Below, one piece after another: positions 11,968 through 22,705 of a stretch of DNA of 64,000 nucleotides; position 1 is the stretch's first letter, and every line of letters starts with the position of its first letter. A model generated the notes under the pieces. It searched no databases and had not been told where the DNA came from. It saw only the letters and a program-made list of their open reading frames with translations. Origin of the DNA: Escherichia coli (GTDB taxonomy: Bacteria > Pseudomonadota > Gammaproteobacteria > Enterobacterales > Enterobacteriaceae); assembly GCF_003991155.1 (NCBI RefSeq), contig NZ_CP031293.1; one strand, 5' to 3'. A program made the translations under genes and the position numbers.

Positions 11968-12861
11968 TCAGAGTTCAATTTCCCATTCGGCATGGAAAAG
12001 AATCACCGCTGTGCCAGAAATGGTGACTTTCTCCGGTTGGTTATCTCGAATTGTCACCGTCACATCAATTACACCATCACGCCCCAATGCGCGCCCCTGA
12101 TGGCCTTTAACACGCAACACGTTGCCATCGTGTGGCAATACGTTGTGATGTACTAACCATGCACCCATCGGGCCATTGGCATTGCCAGTCACCGGATCTT
12201 CCACAATACCAATCGCAGGCGAGAACATGCGACCATCGGTTTCGTTTTTGCCTGGGCGGATCTGGAACGGGAAGAAACCATTGCAGCCAATCTGTTTGCT
12301 GATTGTGGTCAGCGCAGCAAGGTCAGGCGAAAGGGCGTCGATATCCACTTCCGGCTTCAGTGGAATCATCACTTTTGAGTGTCCTGTGGTAGCCACCTGG
12401 ATTGGCAAGCCTTGCAAAATATCGTCTTCAGTGAGATGAAGCGCGTTGATAATCGCTGCACGTGTTTCACCTTTCAGCGGTGGCTCAAAGCCTGGAGTAC
12501 CTTGTTCCAGCGAAATACGATAATCATCATTTTGCTTTTCGATAGTCACACGATGTTTTCCTGCCAGCGACGTTTGCCAGACGGTGCAATTTCCTAAACC
12601 TAACACCTTTGCACGTACATAGTGCGCAGCTACTGTCGCGTGACCACAAATCGGAACTTCAACCGTTGGCGTAAAGTAGCGGATGCGCACATCGCTGTCG
12701 TCGCTGTGCAGCAGAAAAGCAGTTTCCGAATGACCTAACTCGCGGGCGATAAGCTGCATTTGCGCTTCGCTAAGATTATCGGCGGGGAAAACAACACCGG
12801 CAGAATTGCCGCGAAACGGTTGAGAGGTAAAAGCATCGACGTGGTAAACCTGCGGTTTCAT
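11968..12861 (-). CDS. yddE: PhzF-family isomerase-like protein
   Basis: 297-aa ORF, PhzF/DapF-fold sequence. Confidence 0.85.
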   Translation of the reverse strand: MKPQVYHVDAFTSQPFRGNSAGVVFPADNLSEAQMQLIARELGHSETAFLLHSDDSDVRIRYFTPTVEVPICGHATVAAHYVRAKVLGLGNCTVWQTSLAGKHRVTIEKQNDDYRISLEQGTPGFEPPLKGETRAAIINALHLTEDDILQGLPIQVATTGHSKVMIPLKPEVDIDALSPDLAALTTISKQIGCNGFFPFQIRPGKNETDGRMFSPAIGIVEDPVTGNANGPMGAWLVHHNVLPHDGNVLRVKGHQGRALGRDGVIDVTVTIRDNQPEKVTISGTAVILFHAEWEIEL

Positions 12862-12940
12862 TAATGTTCTCCTGTGGCTGGAGAACTATCATAGCCTGCA
12901 AGTGGCCGGAGAGCGAAGAGCTATCCGGCCCGCGAGAGAA

Positions 12941-13621
12941 TTAACGCCGCGAACGCACAATCTGATACCGACGAGTAAAGTACTCAAACGGCGCGCTCCA
13001 GACATGCACCAGTCGGGTGAACGGGAAGAGCAGAAAGATGGTCATTCCAAGCACCAGATGAATGCGGAATATAAAGGCGACACCATCAAGATGCGTAGAT
13101 GCACCGCCCTGGAAAGTGACAATGCTTTGCGCCCAGCCCACCAGCTTCATCATTTCACTGCCGTCCGGATGTTGTGCTGAAAAAGGAATGGTGGTTAACC
13201 CAAGAATGCACTGAATTAACAAAATGGCGAGGATCAGGATATCCGCACCAGAAGACGTCGCCCTGATACGCGGATTTGTTAAACGACGCACCAGTAGCCC
13301 CGCACCGCCAATCAGCGTCAATACCCCGCATATTCCGCCGAGGATCATCGCCATTAGTTGTTTCGCTGCCACTGGCAAAAACCACGCGTACATCCAGTGC
13401 GGCGTTAACATGCCGAACAGGTGCCCGAAGAAAATCCCCAAAATGCCGATATGGAACAGATTCGACCACAGCACCATACCACGTTTATCCAGCATCTGGC
13501 TGGAGGCGGCGCGCCAGGTATACTGCCCGTAATCGTAGCGCAGCCAGCTTCCAAGGATAAAAACCGTGCCACACAAGTACGGGTAGATATCGTAAAAAAA
13601 GACGTTCAGATACTGAATCAT
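12941..13621 (-). CDS. narV: respiratory nitrate reductase Z gamma subunit (cytochrome b)
   Basis: 226-aa membrane protein; narZYWV gene order. Confidence 0.9.
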   Translation of the reverse strand: MIQYLNVFFYDIYPYLCGTVFILGSWLRYDYGQYTWRAASSQMLDKRGMVLWSNLFHIGILGIFFGHLFGMLTPHWMYAWFLPVAAKQLMAMILGGICGVLTLIGGAGLLVRRLTNPRIRATSSGADILILAILLIQCILGLTTIPFSAQHPDGSEMMKLVGWAQSIVTFQGGASTHLDGVAFIFRIHLVLGMTIFLLFPFTRLVHVWSAPFEYFTRRYQIVRSRR

Positions 13622-14313
13622 TTCCCACCTCCCGCACTGATGTCGACATACTGCGGCGCGACATCCTGGCTAAAGCGTCGCTGATATTGATTAAGCGGCG
13701 AGCTGTCACACGCCGTGGCGTTATCTTCAATAAACTTCACCTGTTCTTCTTCCCACACCGCATCCAGCGCCTGGCGGGTGTCGTCACGCTCTTCACTGCG
13801 AATCTGTTTTGTGACGCTGTCACTTGACAGAGGGCTTCCTGCCAGTTGCAACAGGGTGTCAAATAACGCGTACCACGGTGCCTCGCGTTGTTTTAAGCGT
13901 CCGCCAAGCAGGGCGAGGATCGGCGCAACGTTGAGCAAGCCTTCTTTCGCCTGATCGTCCGGCAGTACGCTTAAGTACTCCAGATACAGCGGCAGATAAT
14001 CGGGCAGTTCTCGACAATCCAACTGCAGACCGACCTTTTCATACTCCGCCAGCAGGTCCACCATTGCCTGGCCGCGATCGCGGGACTCGGCATGAACATG
14101 TTCGAACAGCAGCAGCGATGTGGTACGTCCACGGTCAAACACTTCGCACCATTCGGCCTGTTTATCCAGCAGCGGCGCGTTAAGCAGGTTGCGGGTAAAA
14201 TCCGTAAGCATCGGTGCGTCGCGGCGGATCAACGCCAGCGCGTCCTCCTTACATTCCCACAACAGCTCGTCCGGATACTCCATCAACAGGCCGATCACTT
14301 TGAGGATCTGCAT
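13618..14313 (-). CDS. narW: nitrate reductase Z assembly chaperone (NarJ family)
   Basis: 231-aa ORF; 4-bp overlap with narV. Confidence 0.9.
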   Translation of the reverse strand: MQILKVIGLLMEYPDELLWECKEDALALIRRDAPMLTDFTRNLLNAPLLDKQAEWCEVFDRGRTTSLLLFEHVHAESRDRGQAMVDLLAEYEKVGLQLDCRELPDYLPLYLEYLSVLPDDQAKEGLLNVAPILALLGGRLKQREAPWYALFDTLLQLAGSPLSSDSVTKQIRSEERDDTRQALDAVWEEEQVKFIEDNATACDSSPLNQYQRRFSQDVAPQYVDISAGGGK

Positions 14314-15857
14314 TATTCGCCCTCCGCTTTGTCGCGCACTTCGGTGATGTTGATGGCATCGATACGGCTACTGTTGAACAGGTTGAATTTGCTGTCCGAG
14401 CCGTGGCAACCGTCGCCAAAGGTAAAACCGCAGCCGTTGCGTTCTGCGAAGGCATCGCCCGCCATTTCCCGATGGCTTGTCGGGATGACAAAACGGTCTT
14501 CATAGTTGGCAATGGCGAGGTAACGATACATCTCTTCGACCTGGGCGACGCTCAGACCTACTTCGTCGATGGCACGAGTATCAGTAACGCCTTCCACGGT
14601 TTGTGAACGCATATAGTGGCGCATCGCCATCATCCGTTTCAGCGCCCGCAGTACCGGACCGGTATCACCGGCACTCAACATATTGGCGAGATATTGCACC
14701 GGAATACGCAGGCTTTCGATGGCGGGCAGCACGCCTTCGCTTTTCGGCAAACCTCCCGCATCAGCGTAGGACTGAATCGGTGACAGCGGCGGAACGTACC
14801 AGACCATCGGCAGGGTGCGGTATTCAGGGTGCAGCGGTAGCGCCAGTTTCCAGTCCATTGCCATTTTGTAGACTGGCGAACGCTGGGCAGCGTCAATCAC
14901 GTTTTGTGGAATACCTTGTTTCAGGGCTTCCTCGATCACCGAGGGATCGTGCGGATCGAGGAACACTTCGCACTGGCGTTCATAGAGGTCAACTTCGCGC
15001 TCGGTGCTCGCCGCTTCCTCGATGCGGTCGGCGTCGTAAAGCAGCACGCCCAGATATCGGATGCGACCCACGCAGGTTTCTGAGCACACGGTGGGTTGGC
15101 CTGACTCAATTCGTGGGTAACAGAAGATACATTTTTCTGACTTGCCGCTTTTCCAGTTGAAGTAGATTTTTTTGTACGGACAACCGCTAATGCACAAACG
15201 CCAGCCACGGCATTTATCCTGATCGATCAGCACAATGCCGTCTTCTTCGCGTTTGTAGATAGCGCCGCTTGGGCAGGTCGCCACGCAACTGGGATTGAGA
15301 CAGTGTTCGCACAAGCGCGGCAGGTACATCATGAAGGTGTTTTCAAACTGCCCGTACATCTCCTTTTGCATGGCCTCGAAGTTGCGGTCACGGGCGCGTT
15401 TTTCGAATTCGCCGCCCAACAATTCTTCCCAGTTTGGCCCCCAGATCACTTTGTCCATCCGTTTGCCGTCAATCAGTGAACGCGGGCGAGCAGTAGGGAT
15501 ATGTTTGCCTTCCGGTGCGCTATGCAAATGTTCGTAGTCGAAGGTGAAAGGTTCGTAGTAATCATCAATCTGCGGCACCACCGGGTTGGCGAAGATTTTG
15601 GTTATTACGCCCATCTTGCTGCCCAGACGCGGGCGGATCTTGCCATTCACATCACGCACCCAGCCGCCTTGCCACTCTTCCTGATCTTCCCAGTTTTTCG
15701 GATAACCAATGCCCGGTTTGGTTTCGACGTTGTTAAACCATGCGTACTCCATGCCTTCGCGTCCGGTCCAGACGTTTTTACAGGTCACCGAACAGGTATG
15801 GCAGCCAATACATTTATCGAGGTTAAGCACCATGCCGACTTGCGAACGTATTTTCAT
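14313..15857 (-). CDS. narY: nitrate reductase Z beta subunit (Fe-S)
   Basis: 514-aa ORF with multiple CxxCxxCxxxC ferredoxin clusters. Confidence 0.9.
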   Translation of the reverse strand: MKIRSQVGMVLNLDKCIGCHTCSVTCKNVWTGREGMEYAWFNNVETKPGIGYPKNWEDQEEWQGGWVRDVNGKIRPRLGSKMGVITKIFANPVVPQIDDYYEPFTFDYEHLHSAPEGKHIPTARPRSLIDGKRMDKVIWGPNWEELLGGEFEKRARDRNFEAMQKEMYGQFENTFMMYLPRLCEHCLNPSCVATCPSGAIYKREEDGIVLIDQDKCRGWRLCISGCPYKKIYFNWKSGKSEKCIFCYPRIESGQPTVCSETCVGRIRYLGVLLYDADRIEEAASTEREVDLYERQCEVFLDPHDPSVIEEALKQGIPQNVIDAAQRSPVYKMAMDWKLALPLHPEYRTLPMVWYVPPLSPIQSYADAGGLPKSEGVLPAIESLRIPVQYLANMLSAGDTGPVLRALKRMMAMRHYMRSQTVEGVTDTRAIDEVGLSVAQVEEMYRYLAIANYEDRFVIPTSHREMAGDAFAERNGCGFTFGDGCHGSDSKFNLFNSSRIDAINITEVRDKAEGE

Positions 15858-18800
15858 TTTTTCGCCTCCTGAACCTGATCGCGACCTTCATCATCCAGCC
15901 AGTTAACGTTCTTCATCTTGCGGATCATGATGAATTCGTCGCGGTTCGAGCCGACGGTGCCGTAGTAGTTAAAGCCCCAGGCCAGCTGCGCGTAACCGCC
16001 AATCATATGCGTTGGTTTCGGACAAACGCGGGTGACCGAGTTATGAATGCCGCCGCGCATGCCAGTTACTTCCGAACCAGGAATATTCATAATGCGTTCC
16101 TGGGCGTGATACATCATGGTCATGCCCGGCGGTACACGCTGGCTGACCACCGCGCGGGCCGTCAGCGCGCCATTGGCGTTAAACACTTCCACCCAGTCGT
16201 TATCGACAATGGTCAGTTCACGGGCATCGGTTTCGCTGATCCAGACAATCGGTCCACCGCGAGAGAGCGTCAGCATTAGCAGGTTTTCACTGTAGGTTGA
16301 GTGAATGCCCCATTTCTGATGCGGTGTCAGGAAGTTAAGGGCTTTCTCCGGGAAGCCGTTTGGCGGTATCTGGCGCATTTCACTGACGCTACGGGTGTCG
16401 ATAGGCGGGCGATAAGCCACCAGACTTTCACCAAAAGCACGCATCCACGGATGATCCTGATAGAGTTGCTGGCGTCCCGACAGCGTGCGCCACGGAATTA
16501 ACTCATGAACGTTGGTGTATCCCGCGTTATAGGAGACGTGATCGCTTTCCAGACCAGACCATGTGGGGCTGGAGATAATTTTACGTGGCTGCGCCTGAAT
16601 ATCGCGAAAGCGAATCTTCTCGTCCTCTTTGTGCAGCGCCAGATGGGTATGTTCGCGTCCGGTGATCTCGCCCAGCGCCTGCCACGCTTTGACTGCAACA
16701 TGACCGTTGGTTTCCGGTGCCAGCGCCAGAATCACTTCTGATGCGTCAATGGCGGTGTCAATCAGCGGACGCCCCTGTGCCGGGCCTTCACGTTTGGTGT
16801 AGTTGAGTTTGCCGAGGAAATCGATTTCATCCTGGGTATTCCACGAAATCCCTTTACCGCCGTTGCCAAGTTTGTCCATCAATGGCCCGAGCGAGGTAAA
16901 GCGTTCATAGGTAGCAGGGTAGTCGCGTTCCACCGCCACAATATTGGGCGCGGTTTTACCTGGAATCAGATCGCATTCGCCTTTGCGCCAGTCGAGCACT
17001 TCACACGGCTGGGAGAGTTCTGCCGGAGAGTCATGTAGCAGTGGTTGTAATACCACGTCGGTTTCTTTGCCAAGATGACCCACGCACAGTTGCGAAAATG
17101 CTTTGGCGATACCTTTGTAGATTTCCCAGTCGCTGCGTGATTCCCACGCCGGATCGACCGCCGCAGAAAGCGGATGAATAAACGGATGCATATCCGAGGT
17201 GTTCATATCGTCTTTTTCGTACCAGGTGGCGGTGGGCAGAACGATATCGGAGAACAGGCAGGTACTGGACATACGGAAGTCGAGCGTCACCAGCAGGTCG
17301 AGCTTGCCTTCAATCGCCGCAGTTTGCCACTCGACTTCTTCTGGTTTGATCCCGTCGCTGGCACCGAGTTCCTGACCCTGAATCCCACTTTCGGTTCCCA
17401 GCAGATACTTCTGCATATACTCGTGACCTTTGCCGGAGGAGCCAAGCAGGTTAGAACGCCAGACAAACAAATTACGCGGATGATTGCTGCCGCTATCTGG
17501 TTGTTCGCAGGCCATACGTAAATCGCCCGATTTCAGCGCCTGGGCGGTGAATTCTGTGGGAGATAATCCGGCCTTGTCGGCTTCAGCTTTAATCCCGAGC
17601 GGATTACGCCCCAACTGCGGCGCAGAAGGTAGCCAGCCCATACGTTCGGCGCGAACGTTGAAATCAATCAGATGACCGCTGTACTTACTGGCATCGGCAA
17701 GCGGTGAAAGTAACTCCTGAGCAGAGACTTTTTCATAGCGCCATTGGCTGGAATGATTGTAGAAAAACGAGGTGCTGTTCATCTGGCGCGGTGGTCGGTT
17801 CCAGTCGAGCGCAAAAGCCAGAGGCAGCCAGCCGGTTTGCGGGCGCAGTTTTTCCTGACCGACATAGTGTGCCCAGCCGCCACCGCTTTGCCCGACACAA
17901 CCGCAGAAGATCAGCATATTGATCATCCCGCGGTAGTTCATGTCCATGTGATACCAATGGTTGACGCCAGCACCGAGAATAATCATCGAACGCCCATGCG
18001 TTTTATGGGCGGTATCGGCAAATTCACGGGCGATGGTTTCAATATACTGGCGCGGCACGCCGGTAATTTGCTCACCCCAGGCTGGGGTGTACGGTTTGAT
18101 TTCAGCGTAATCTTTCGCGCTGTTTTCATCTTCCAGCCCGCGATCGAGGCCATAATTCGCCAGTACCAAATCATAAACGCTGACGACCGGACAGGTGTTG
18201 CCATCGGCTAATGTCAGGTTTTTAACGGGCAATTGGCGCACCAGGACCGGATTGTGTTTTACGCGGCGAAAATGCGGATTTTCAATGCCGCCAAAGTAGG
18301 GGAAGGCCACGCCTGCAACGGCATCATGTTGACCGAGCAGAGTTAACGACAATTCGTTTTCCGTACCGGCGGCAATGGATTCCAGATTCCATTTGCCTTT
18401 TTCTCCCCAGCGAAAACCAATCGAACCGTTCGGCACCACCAGTTCACCTGCGGTATTAACTGCCACGGTTTTCCACTGCGGATTATTGCTTTCGCCCAGT
18501 CCATCTACCAGGTCAGACGCGCGGACCATGCGCCCGGGAACGTAGCTGCCGTCGTCGCGAGGTTCCAGCATTACCAGCATCGGCATGTCGCTGTAGCGGC
18601 GGCAGTAGTTGATAAAGTAGTCGCTGGGATTATCGAGATGAAACTCTTTTAAAATGACATGGCCCATTGCCATTGCCAGGGCACTATCAGTGCCTTGTTT
18701 CGGTGCCAGCCACTGGTCGCACAATTTGGCCACTTCAGAGTAGTCAGGGGTAATGGCGATGGTTTTAGTGCCTTTGTAGCGTACTTCGGTAAAGAAATGG

Positions 18801-19594
18801 GCGTCCGGCGTACGTGTCTGCGGTACGTTAGACCCCCAGGCGATGATGTAACTGGAGTTATACCAGTCGGCAGATTCCGGTACGTCGGTTTGCTCGCCCC
18901 AGGTCATCGGCGAGGCGGGCGGCAGGTCGCAATACCAGTCGTAGAAGCTTAAACAGGTGCCACCTAACAGCGACAGATAACGTGTTCCGGCGGCGTAAGA
19001 AACCATCGACATCGCCGGGATCGGCGAGAAACCGGCAACGCGATCCGGGCCGTAAGTTTTGATGGTCCAGACGTTAGCAGCGGCAATCAGCTGGTTTAGC
19101 TCCTGCCAGTTGGAGCGGATAAAGCCGCCGCGTCCACGTACTTGTTTGTAGCTCAGGCACTTTTGCGGATCGTTCATAATTGATGCCCACGCCAGTACCG
19201 GATCGCTGTGTTGCTTGAGGGCTTCGCGCCACAGTTCAATCAGTCGTTTACGAATGAGCGGGTATTTCAGGCGGTTAGCGCTGTAGAGATACCAGGAGTA
19301 ACTTGCGCCACGCGGGCAGCCGCGAGGTTCGTGATTTGGCAGGTCAGGGCGAGTGCGCGGGTAGTCGGTCTGTTGGATTTCCCAGGTCACCAGACCATTT
19401 TTAACGTATATTTTCCAGCTACAGGAGCCTGTACAGTTAACACCGTGGGTGGAACGCACGATTTTGTCGAACTGCCTACGCTGGCGATAGCTGTCCTCCC
19501 AGTCGCGGTTGCTATGCATCACCTGTCCGTGACCATCGGCAAAGGTTTCGCCCTTTTGTTTGAAGTAGCGAAAGCGATCCAAAAGTTTACTCAT
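15854..19594 (-). CDS. narZ: nitrate reductase Z alpha subunit (molybdopterin)
   Basis: Track ORF 1287 aa trimmed to ATG 19592-19594 (MSKLLDRFRYFKQKGETF..., 1246 aa), the conserved NarG-type N-terminus. Confidence 0.9.
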   Translation of the reverse strand: MSKLLDRFRYFKQKGETFADGHGQVMHSNRDWEDSYRQRRQFDKIVRSTHGVNCTGSCSWKIYVKNGLVTWEIQQTDYPRTRPDLPNHEPRGCPRGASYSWYLYSANRLKYPLIRKRLIELWREALKQHSDPVLAWASIMNDPQKCLSYKQVRGRGGFIRSNWQELNQLIAAANVWTIKTYGPDRVAGFSPIPAMSMVSYAAGTRYLSLLGGTCLSFYDWYCDLPPASPMTWGEQTDVPESADWYNSSYIIAWGSNVPQTRTPDAHFFTEVRYKGTKTIAITPDYSEVAKLCDQWLAPKQGTDSALAMAMGHVILKEFHLDNPSDYFINYCRRYSDMPMLVMLEPRDDGSYVPGRMVRASDLVDGLGESNNPQWKTVAVNTAGELVVPNGSIGFRWGEKGKWNLESIAAGTENELSLTLLGQHDAVAGVAFPYFGGIENPHFRRVKHNPVLVRQLPVKNLTLADGNTCPVVSVYDLVLANYGLDRGLEDENSAKDYAEIKPYTPAWGEQITGVPRQYIETIAREFADTAHKTHGRSMIILGAGVNHWYHMDMNYRGMINMLIFCGCVGQSGGGWAHYVGQEKLRPQTGWLPLAFALDWNRPPRQMNSTSFFYNHSSQWRYEKVSAQELLSPLADASKYSGHLIDFNVRAERMGWLPSAPQLGRNPLGIKAEADKAGLSPTEFTAQALKSGDLRMACEQPDSGSNHPRNLFVWRSNLLGSSGKGHEYMQKYLLGTESGIQGQELGASDGIKPEEVEWQTAAIEGKLDLLVTLDFRMSSTCLFSDIVLPTATWYEKDDMNTSDMHPFIHPLSAAVDPAWESRSDWEIYKGIAKAFSQLCVGHLGKETDVVLQPLLHDSPAELSQPCEVLDWRKGECDLIPGKTAPNIVAVERDYPATYERFTSLGPLMDKLGNGGKGISWNTQDEIDFLGKLNYTKREGPAQGRPLIDTAIDASEVILALAPETNGHVAVKAWQALGEITGREHTHLALHKEDEKIRFRDIQAQPRKIISSPTWSGLESDHVSYNAGYTNVHELIPWRTLSGRQQLYQDHPWMRAFGESLVAYRPPIDTRSVSEMRQIPPNGFPEKALNFLTPHQKWGIHSTYSENLLMLTLSRGGPIVWISETDARELTIVDNDWVEVFNANGALTARAVVSQRVPPGMTMMYHAQERIMNIPGSEVTGMRGGIHNSVTRVCPKPTHMIGGYAQLAWGFNYYGTVGSNRDEFIMIRKMKNVNWLDDEGRDQVQEAKK

Positions 19595-19626
19595 GACATA
19601 ACTCCTGCTCCAGGAATGAATTGGGA

Positions 19627-19683
19627 TCTGATGCCTTGTCGGACGCGACACGGTTGTAGCCTGATAAGACGTGTCAGGCATCG
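19627..19683. repeat. REP-like palindromic units between narZ and narU
   Basis: GTAGCCTGATAAGACGTGTCAGGCATC resembles an inverted REP consensus. Confidence 0.4.
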
Positions 19684-19688
19684 ATCTC

Positions 19689-21077
19689 TTATTTTTGGCT
19701 GAACTTCCGCCGACCATAAACCAGCCAGGTCAGTAGCACGCAAACGATGTAGAAGATTAAAAACACTTTCATCGCGCCCACCGGAGAGCCGGTCATATTG
19801 AGCGACATGCCAAACGCCTGCGGAATAAAAAAGCCGCCCACTGCGCCAATGGCTGAGATAAAGCCCAGAGCGGCTGCCGTTTCGGTGACGGCTTCTCTTT
19901 GAGCTTGCTCATCACTACCGCCTTTCATCTTCACCCGATAAATGGTTATCTGGCGAAAGATGACGGCGATCATCTGGAAAGTAGAACCACTTCCCAGACC
20001 CGCGGTCAGAAACAGCCCCATAAATACGGCGTAAAATGCGATGAAATTACCGGAGCCTGTGCCCGGTAAGGTAAGGAACAGCAGGGCGCTGAAAATCGCC
20101 ATAAAAATGAAGTTGATCAACGTCACCCGCACGCCGCCGAATTTATCGGAAATAGCACCACCAAGCGATCGCGCGATGGCACCGATAAATGGGCCAAAGA
20201 ACGCCAGGCGCAGAATATTCACATCCGGGAACTGAGTTTTCGCCAGCATGGCAAAACCCGCAGAAAAACCGATAAACGAACCGAAGGTGGCAAGGTAAAG
20301 CAGGCTCAGCAGCCAGAGATGCAGGCGTTGTAACACTGGCAGCTGGTCGGCAATTGACGCGCGTGAACTGGCGATATCATTCATCCCTGACCAGGCGGCG
20401 ATCGTGGCAATCGCCAGTAATGGCACCCAAATCCATGCGGCATTCGCCAGCGACATTACCGAACCGTCGGCCTGCGGTACGCCATTGACGCCGAGAAAGG
20501 CAAATACGGGTACAAAAATGACCAGCGGTGCAACCAGCTGCATCACACTTACACCTAAGTTTCCTAATCCGCCATTAATCCCAAGTGCGCTCCCTTGTTT
20601 GGCTTTTGGGAAGAAGAAACTGATATTGCCCATGCTCGAAGCAAAGTTCGCACCTGCAAAACCGCATAGCAAAGCGATAACGATAAATATCCCAAAAGGA
20701 GTATTCGGATTCTGCACGGCAATTCCGAGCCAGACGCAAGGAATAATCAGGATTGCAGTACTAAAAACCGTCCATCGGCGTCCACCGAATATAGGCACCA
20801 TAAAGGAGTAGGGGACACGCAATAATGCGCCAGAAACGGAGGGTAATGCGGTTAATAAAAAGAGTTGATCGGTAGTGAAATTAAAACCGATTTTATTGAG
20901 ATTAACAGTAACTGCGCTAAATAGCATCCAGACACAGAAGGCAAGAAGTAGACAACTGACTGATATCCAGAGGTTTCTTCGTGCAATATGTTTTCCTTTA
21001 TTTTCCCAGAAGGCCGGATTTTCTGGTTTCCAGTCGCGTAAAAGATAACGACTATTTTTCTCATTTTGCAGTGCCAT
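19689..21077 (-). CDS. narU: nitrate/nitrite transporter (MFS)
   Basis: Track ORF trimmed to ATG 21075-21077 (MALQNEKNSRYLLRDW..., 462 aa). Confidence 0.9.
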   Translation of the reverse strand: MALQNEKNSRYLLRDWKPENPAFWENKGKHIARRNLWISVSCLLLAFCVWMLFSAVTVNLNKIGFNFTTDQLFLLTALPSVSGALLRVPYSFMVPIFGGRRWTVFSTAILIIPCVWLGIAVQNPNTPFGIFIVIALLCGFAGANFASSMGNISFFFPKAKQGSALGINGGLGNLGVSVMQLVAPLVIFVPVFAFLGVNGVPQADGSVMSLANAAWIWVPLLAIATIAAWSGMNDIASSRASIADQLPVLQRLHLWLLSLLYLATFGSFIGFSAGFAMLAKTQFPDVNILRLAFFGPFIGAIARSLGGAISDKFGGVRVTLINFIFMAIFSALLFLTLPGTGSGNFIAFYAVFMGLFLTAGLGSGSTFQMIAVIFRQITIYRVKMKGGSDEQAQREAVTETAAALGFISAIGAVGGFFIPQAFGMSLNMTGSPVGAMKVFLIFYIVCVLLTWLVYGRRKFSQK

Positions 21078-21386
21078 ATTGTTCCTCACATGCACACATT
21101 GGTAATGAAAAAAAGACAAAACAGGAGGTAAGGCGCAATAGCCAGTTATTAGAATTAAGGATGAATCAGGTGAAGTGCTGATTAGAAGAATAGATAAGAA
21201 AGCGTAACTGCGGGGGCAGAATGTGGATTAAACAGACAGATATGTGTTACTAAATGTAACCATTAAACGGGGGTTAATCTTTGAACGTATGTCATGTTTC
21301 AACCCTTCAGATCGTGAATCTAAAGGGTTGCATATTAACTATATTCTCAACAAGACCAGACACTTATAGAATTAGTGATGATTTAT

Positions 21387-22643
21387 TCACTGAAAAGGCC
21401 ATGAGCTGGAGGAAAACGATCTGTCCAGAAAGTCTATCGGTTCCTCTCTTATCGCCTCATTGTAATAATCGTTATTACAGTAAGTATTGTTTATTTCATC
21501 TAATGTCATATTTTTAATTTTTATATTCATCTGATTTACAACTTCTTCTGTTTTATAAGTGTGTATATTATATGGGGTATATGCTTCTTTAATAGTATAG
21601 TGAAACAATTCGTTATCCACATCTACTCCGTCAGAGTGAACTTCAAATGCACCAGGCGAAAGAATTGCCAGGCCAGTATTAAGCTTAAGTGCTGGGGAAA
21701 ATAAATTAAATAACATGAGCTGCATAGTAGGGCAATTGTTCTTCCCAGAAACATTTAAAAAATTTAAGTTTTTGCTCTGTTTTATTATGGGGAATAAAGT
21801 TCCAATATCGGATGTATTCTTAGTGTCAATGCGGGTTATTTTATTATTGTCCAGCCTTAAACTTTTGATAGATGAAAGATAAGTCAGGAAATGAAGGTTT
21901 ATTTTTTCCAACTGATTGTTCGCAGCGTTTAATGTCTGAACATTGCAGAAGTTGCTAAAGAATATTTTAATTTCAGAAAGCAAGTTGTTGTTGATAAGTA
22001 ACGTATTCAAGTTGGGGAATAAGGCATTATGTAAACTTGTTAGTTTATTATGGGATAGATCCAGCAGTAAAAGTTCATCTTTATTTCCTGCCACAATATC
22101 AGTTAATTGATTGTGGCTGAGATTCAGGTACTGCAGCCTTTCGCAACATTCTAATTGCACAAACTCTAGTTGATTATGTGCCGCACTAAAATAAGTAATT
22201 GATGAAAGCCGATCTATATCAATATTTCTGAGAGAATTATTATTCATAGATATATGTGTAATGCTTACATTTCTACCTTGAGGAAAATTTATTGACTCAA
22301 GAGCATTACTATTCAGACTAAGCTTTACGAGTCTATCGTAGGTGGTTGTATCAAAATGTGTGAGTTGGTTATTATCAAGATTGATAGAGGTGAAGTTTTG
22401 CAGCCCTGGTGGTTGGGTAGTTAAATTAAGTCCTGATAAATCAATATCATTCTGTTTCGACAAAAAAGCACAATTTATCCTTTTAGCGGCTTCGTTTCGG
22501 CATTCCGGACGATGGATTTCACCTGTAAGTATGCGTTCTGCTTTCCATTGATTTAATTCGAGCATCCAGTTAAGTTCATTTTTTTCTGGATGTTGCTGTA
22601 TGGATTGTGGATTTATTTTATTAAATATTGAAGGGAATTTCAT
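21387..22643 (-). CDS. leucine-rich-repeat protein (YddK/IpaH-N-terminal-like), no NEL domain
   Basis: 418 aa with ~20-residue LRR units (LxxLxLxxNxLxxI); AT-rich; no signal peptide. Confidence 0.7.
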   Translation of the reverse strand: MKFPSIFNKINPQSIQQHPEKNELNWMLELNQWKAERILTGEIHRPECRNEAAKRINCAFLSKQNDIDLSGLNLTTQPPGLQNFTSINLDNNQLTHFDTTTYDRLVKLSLNSNALESINFPQGRNVSITHISMNNNSLRNIDIDRLSSITYFSAAHNQLEFVQLECCERLQYLNLSHNQLTDIVAGNKDELLLLDLSHNKLTSLHNALFPNLNTLLINNNLLSEIKIFFSNFCNVQTLNAANNQLEKINLHFLTYLSSIKSLRLDNNKITRIDTKNTSDIGTLFPIIKQSKNLNFLNVSGKNNCPTMQLMLFNLFSPALKLNTGLAILSPGAFEVHSDGVDVDNELFHYTIKEAYTPYNIHTYKTEEVVNQMNIKIKNMTLDEINNTYCNNDYYNEAIREEPIDFLDRSFSSSSWPFQ

Positions 22644-22705
22644 AACTGCTCCGTAGTAATGCTTTATTTTAATGATTTATTACCCTTGATAAATCAGGAT
22701 GTGTT

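Noticed and set aside
12904-12930. Hairpin GGCCGGAGAGCGAAGAGCTATCCGGCC downstream of narV as a terminator
   Set aside because: No U-tract follows on the narV strand; may be a REP-like structural element.
15854-19717. N-terminal extensions of track ORFs (narZ 1287 aa, and likewise maeA, gadB, ddpA, ydeN, yddA, adhP, narU, ansP, pptA, bdm, safA, fdnI)
   Set aside because: Internal start codons give the conserved N-termini with RBS-like sequences upstream; the track simply takes the most upstream start.
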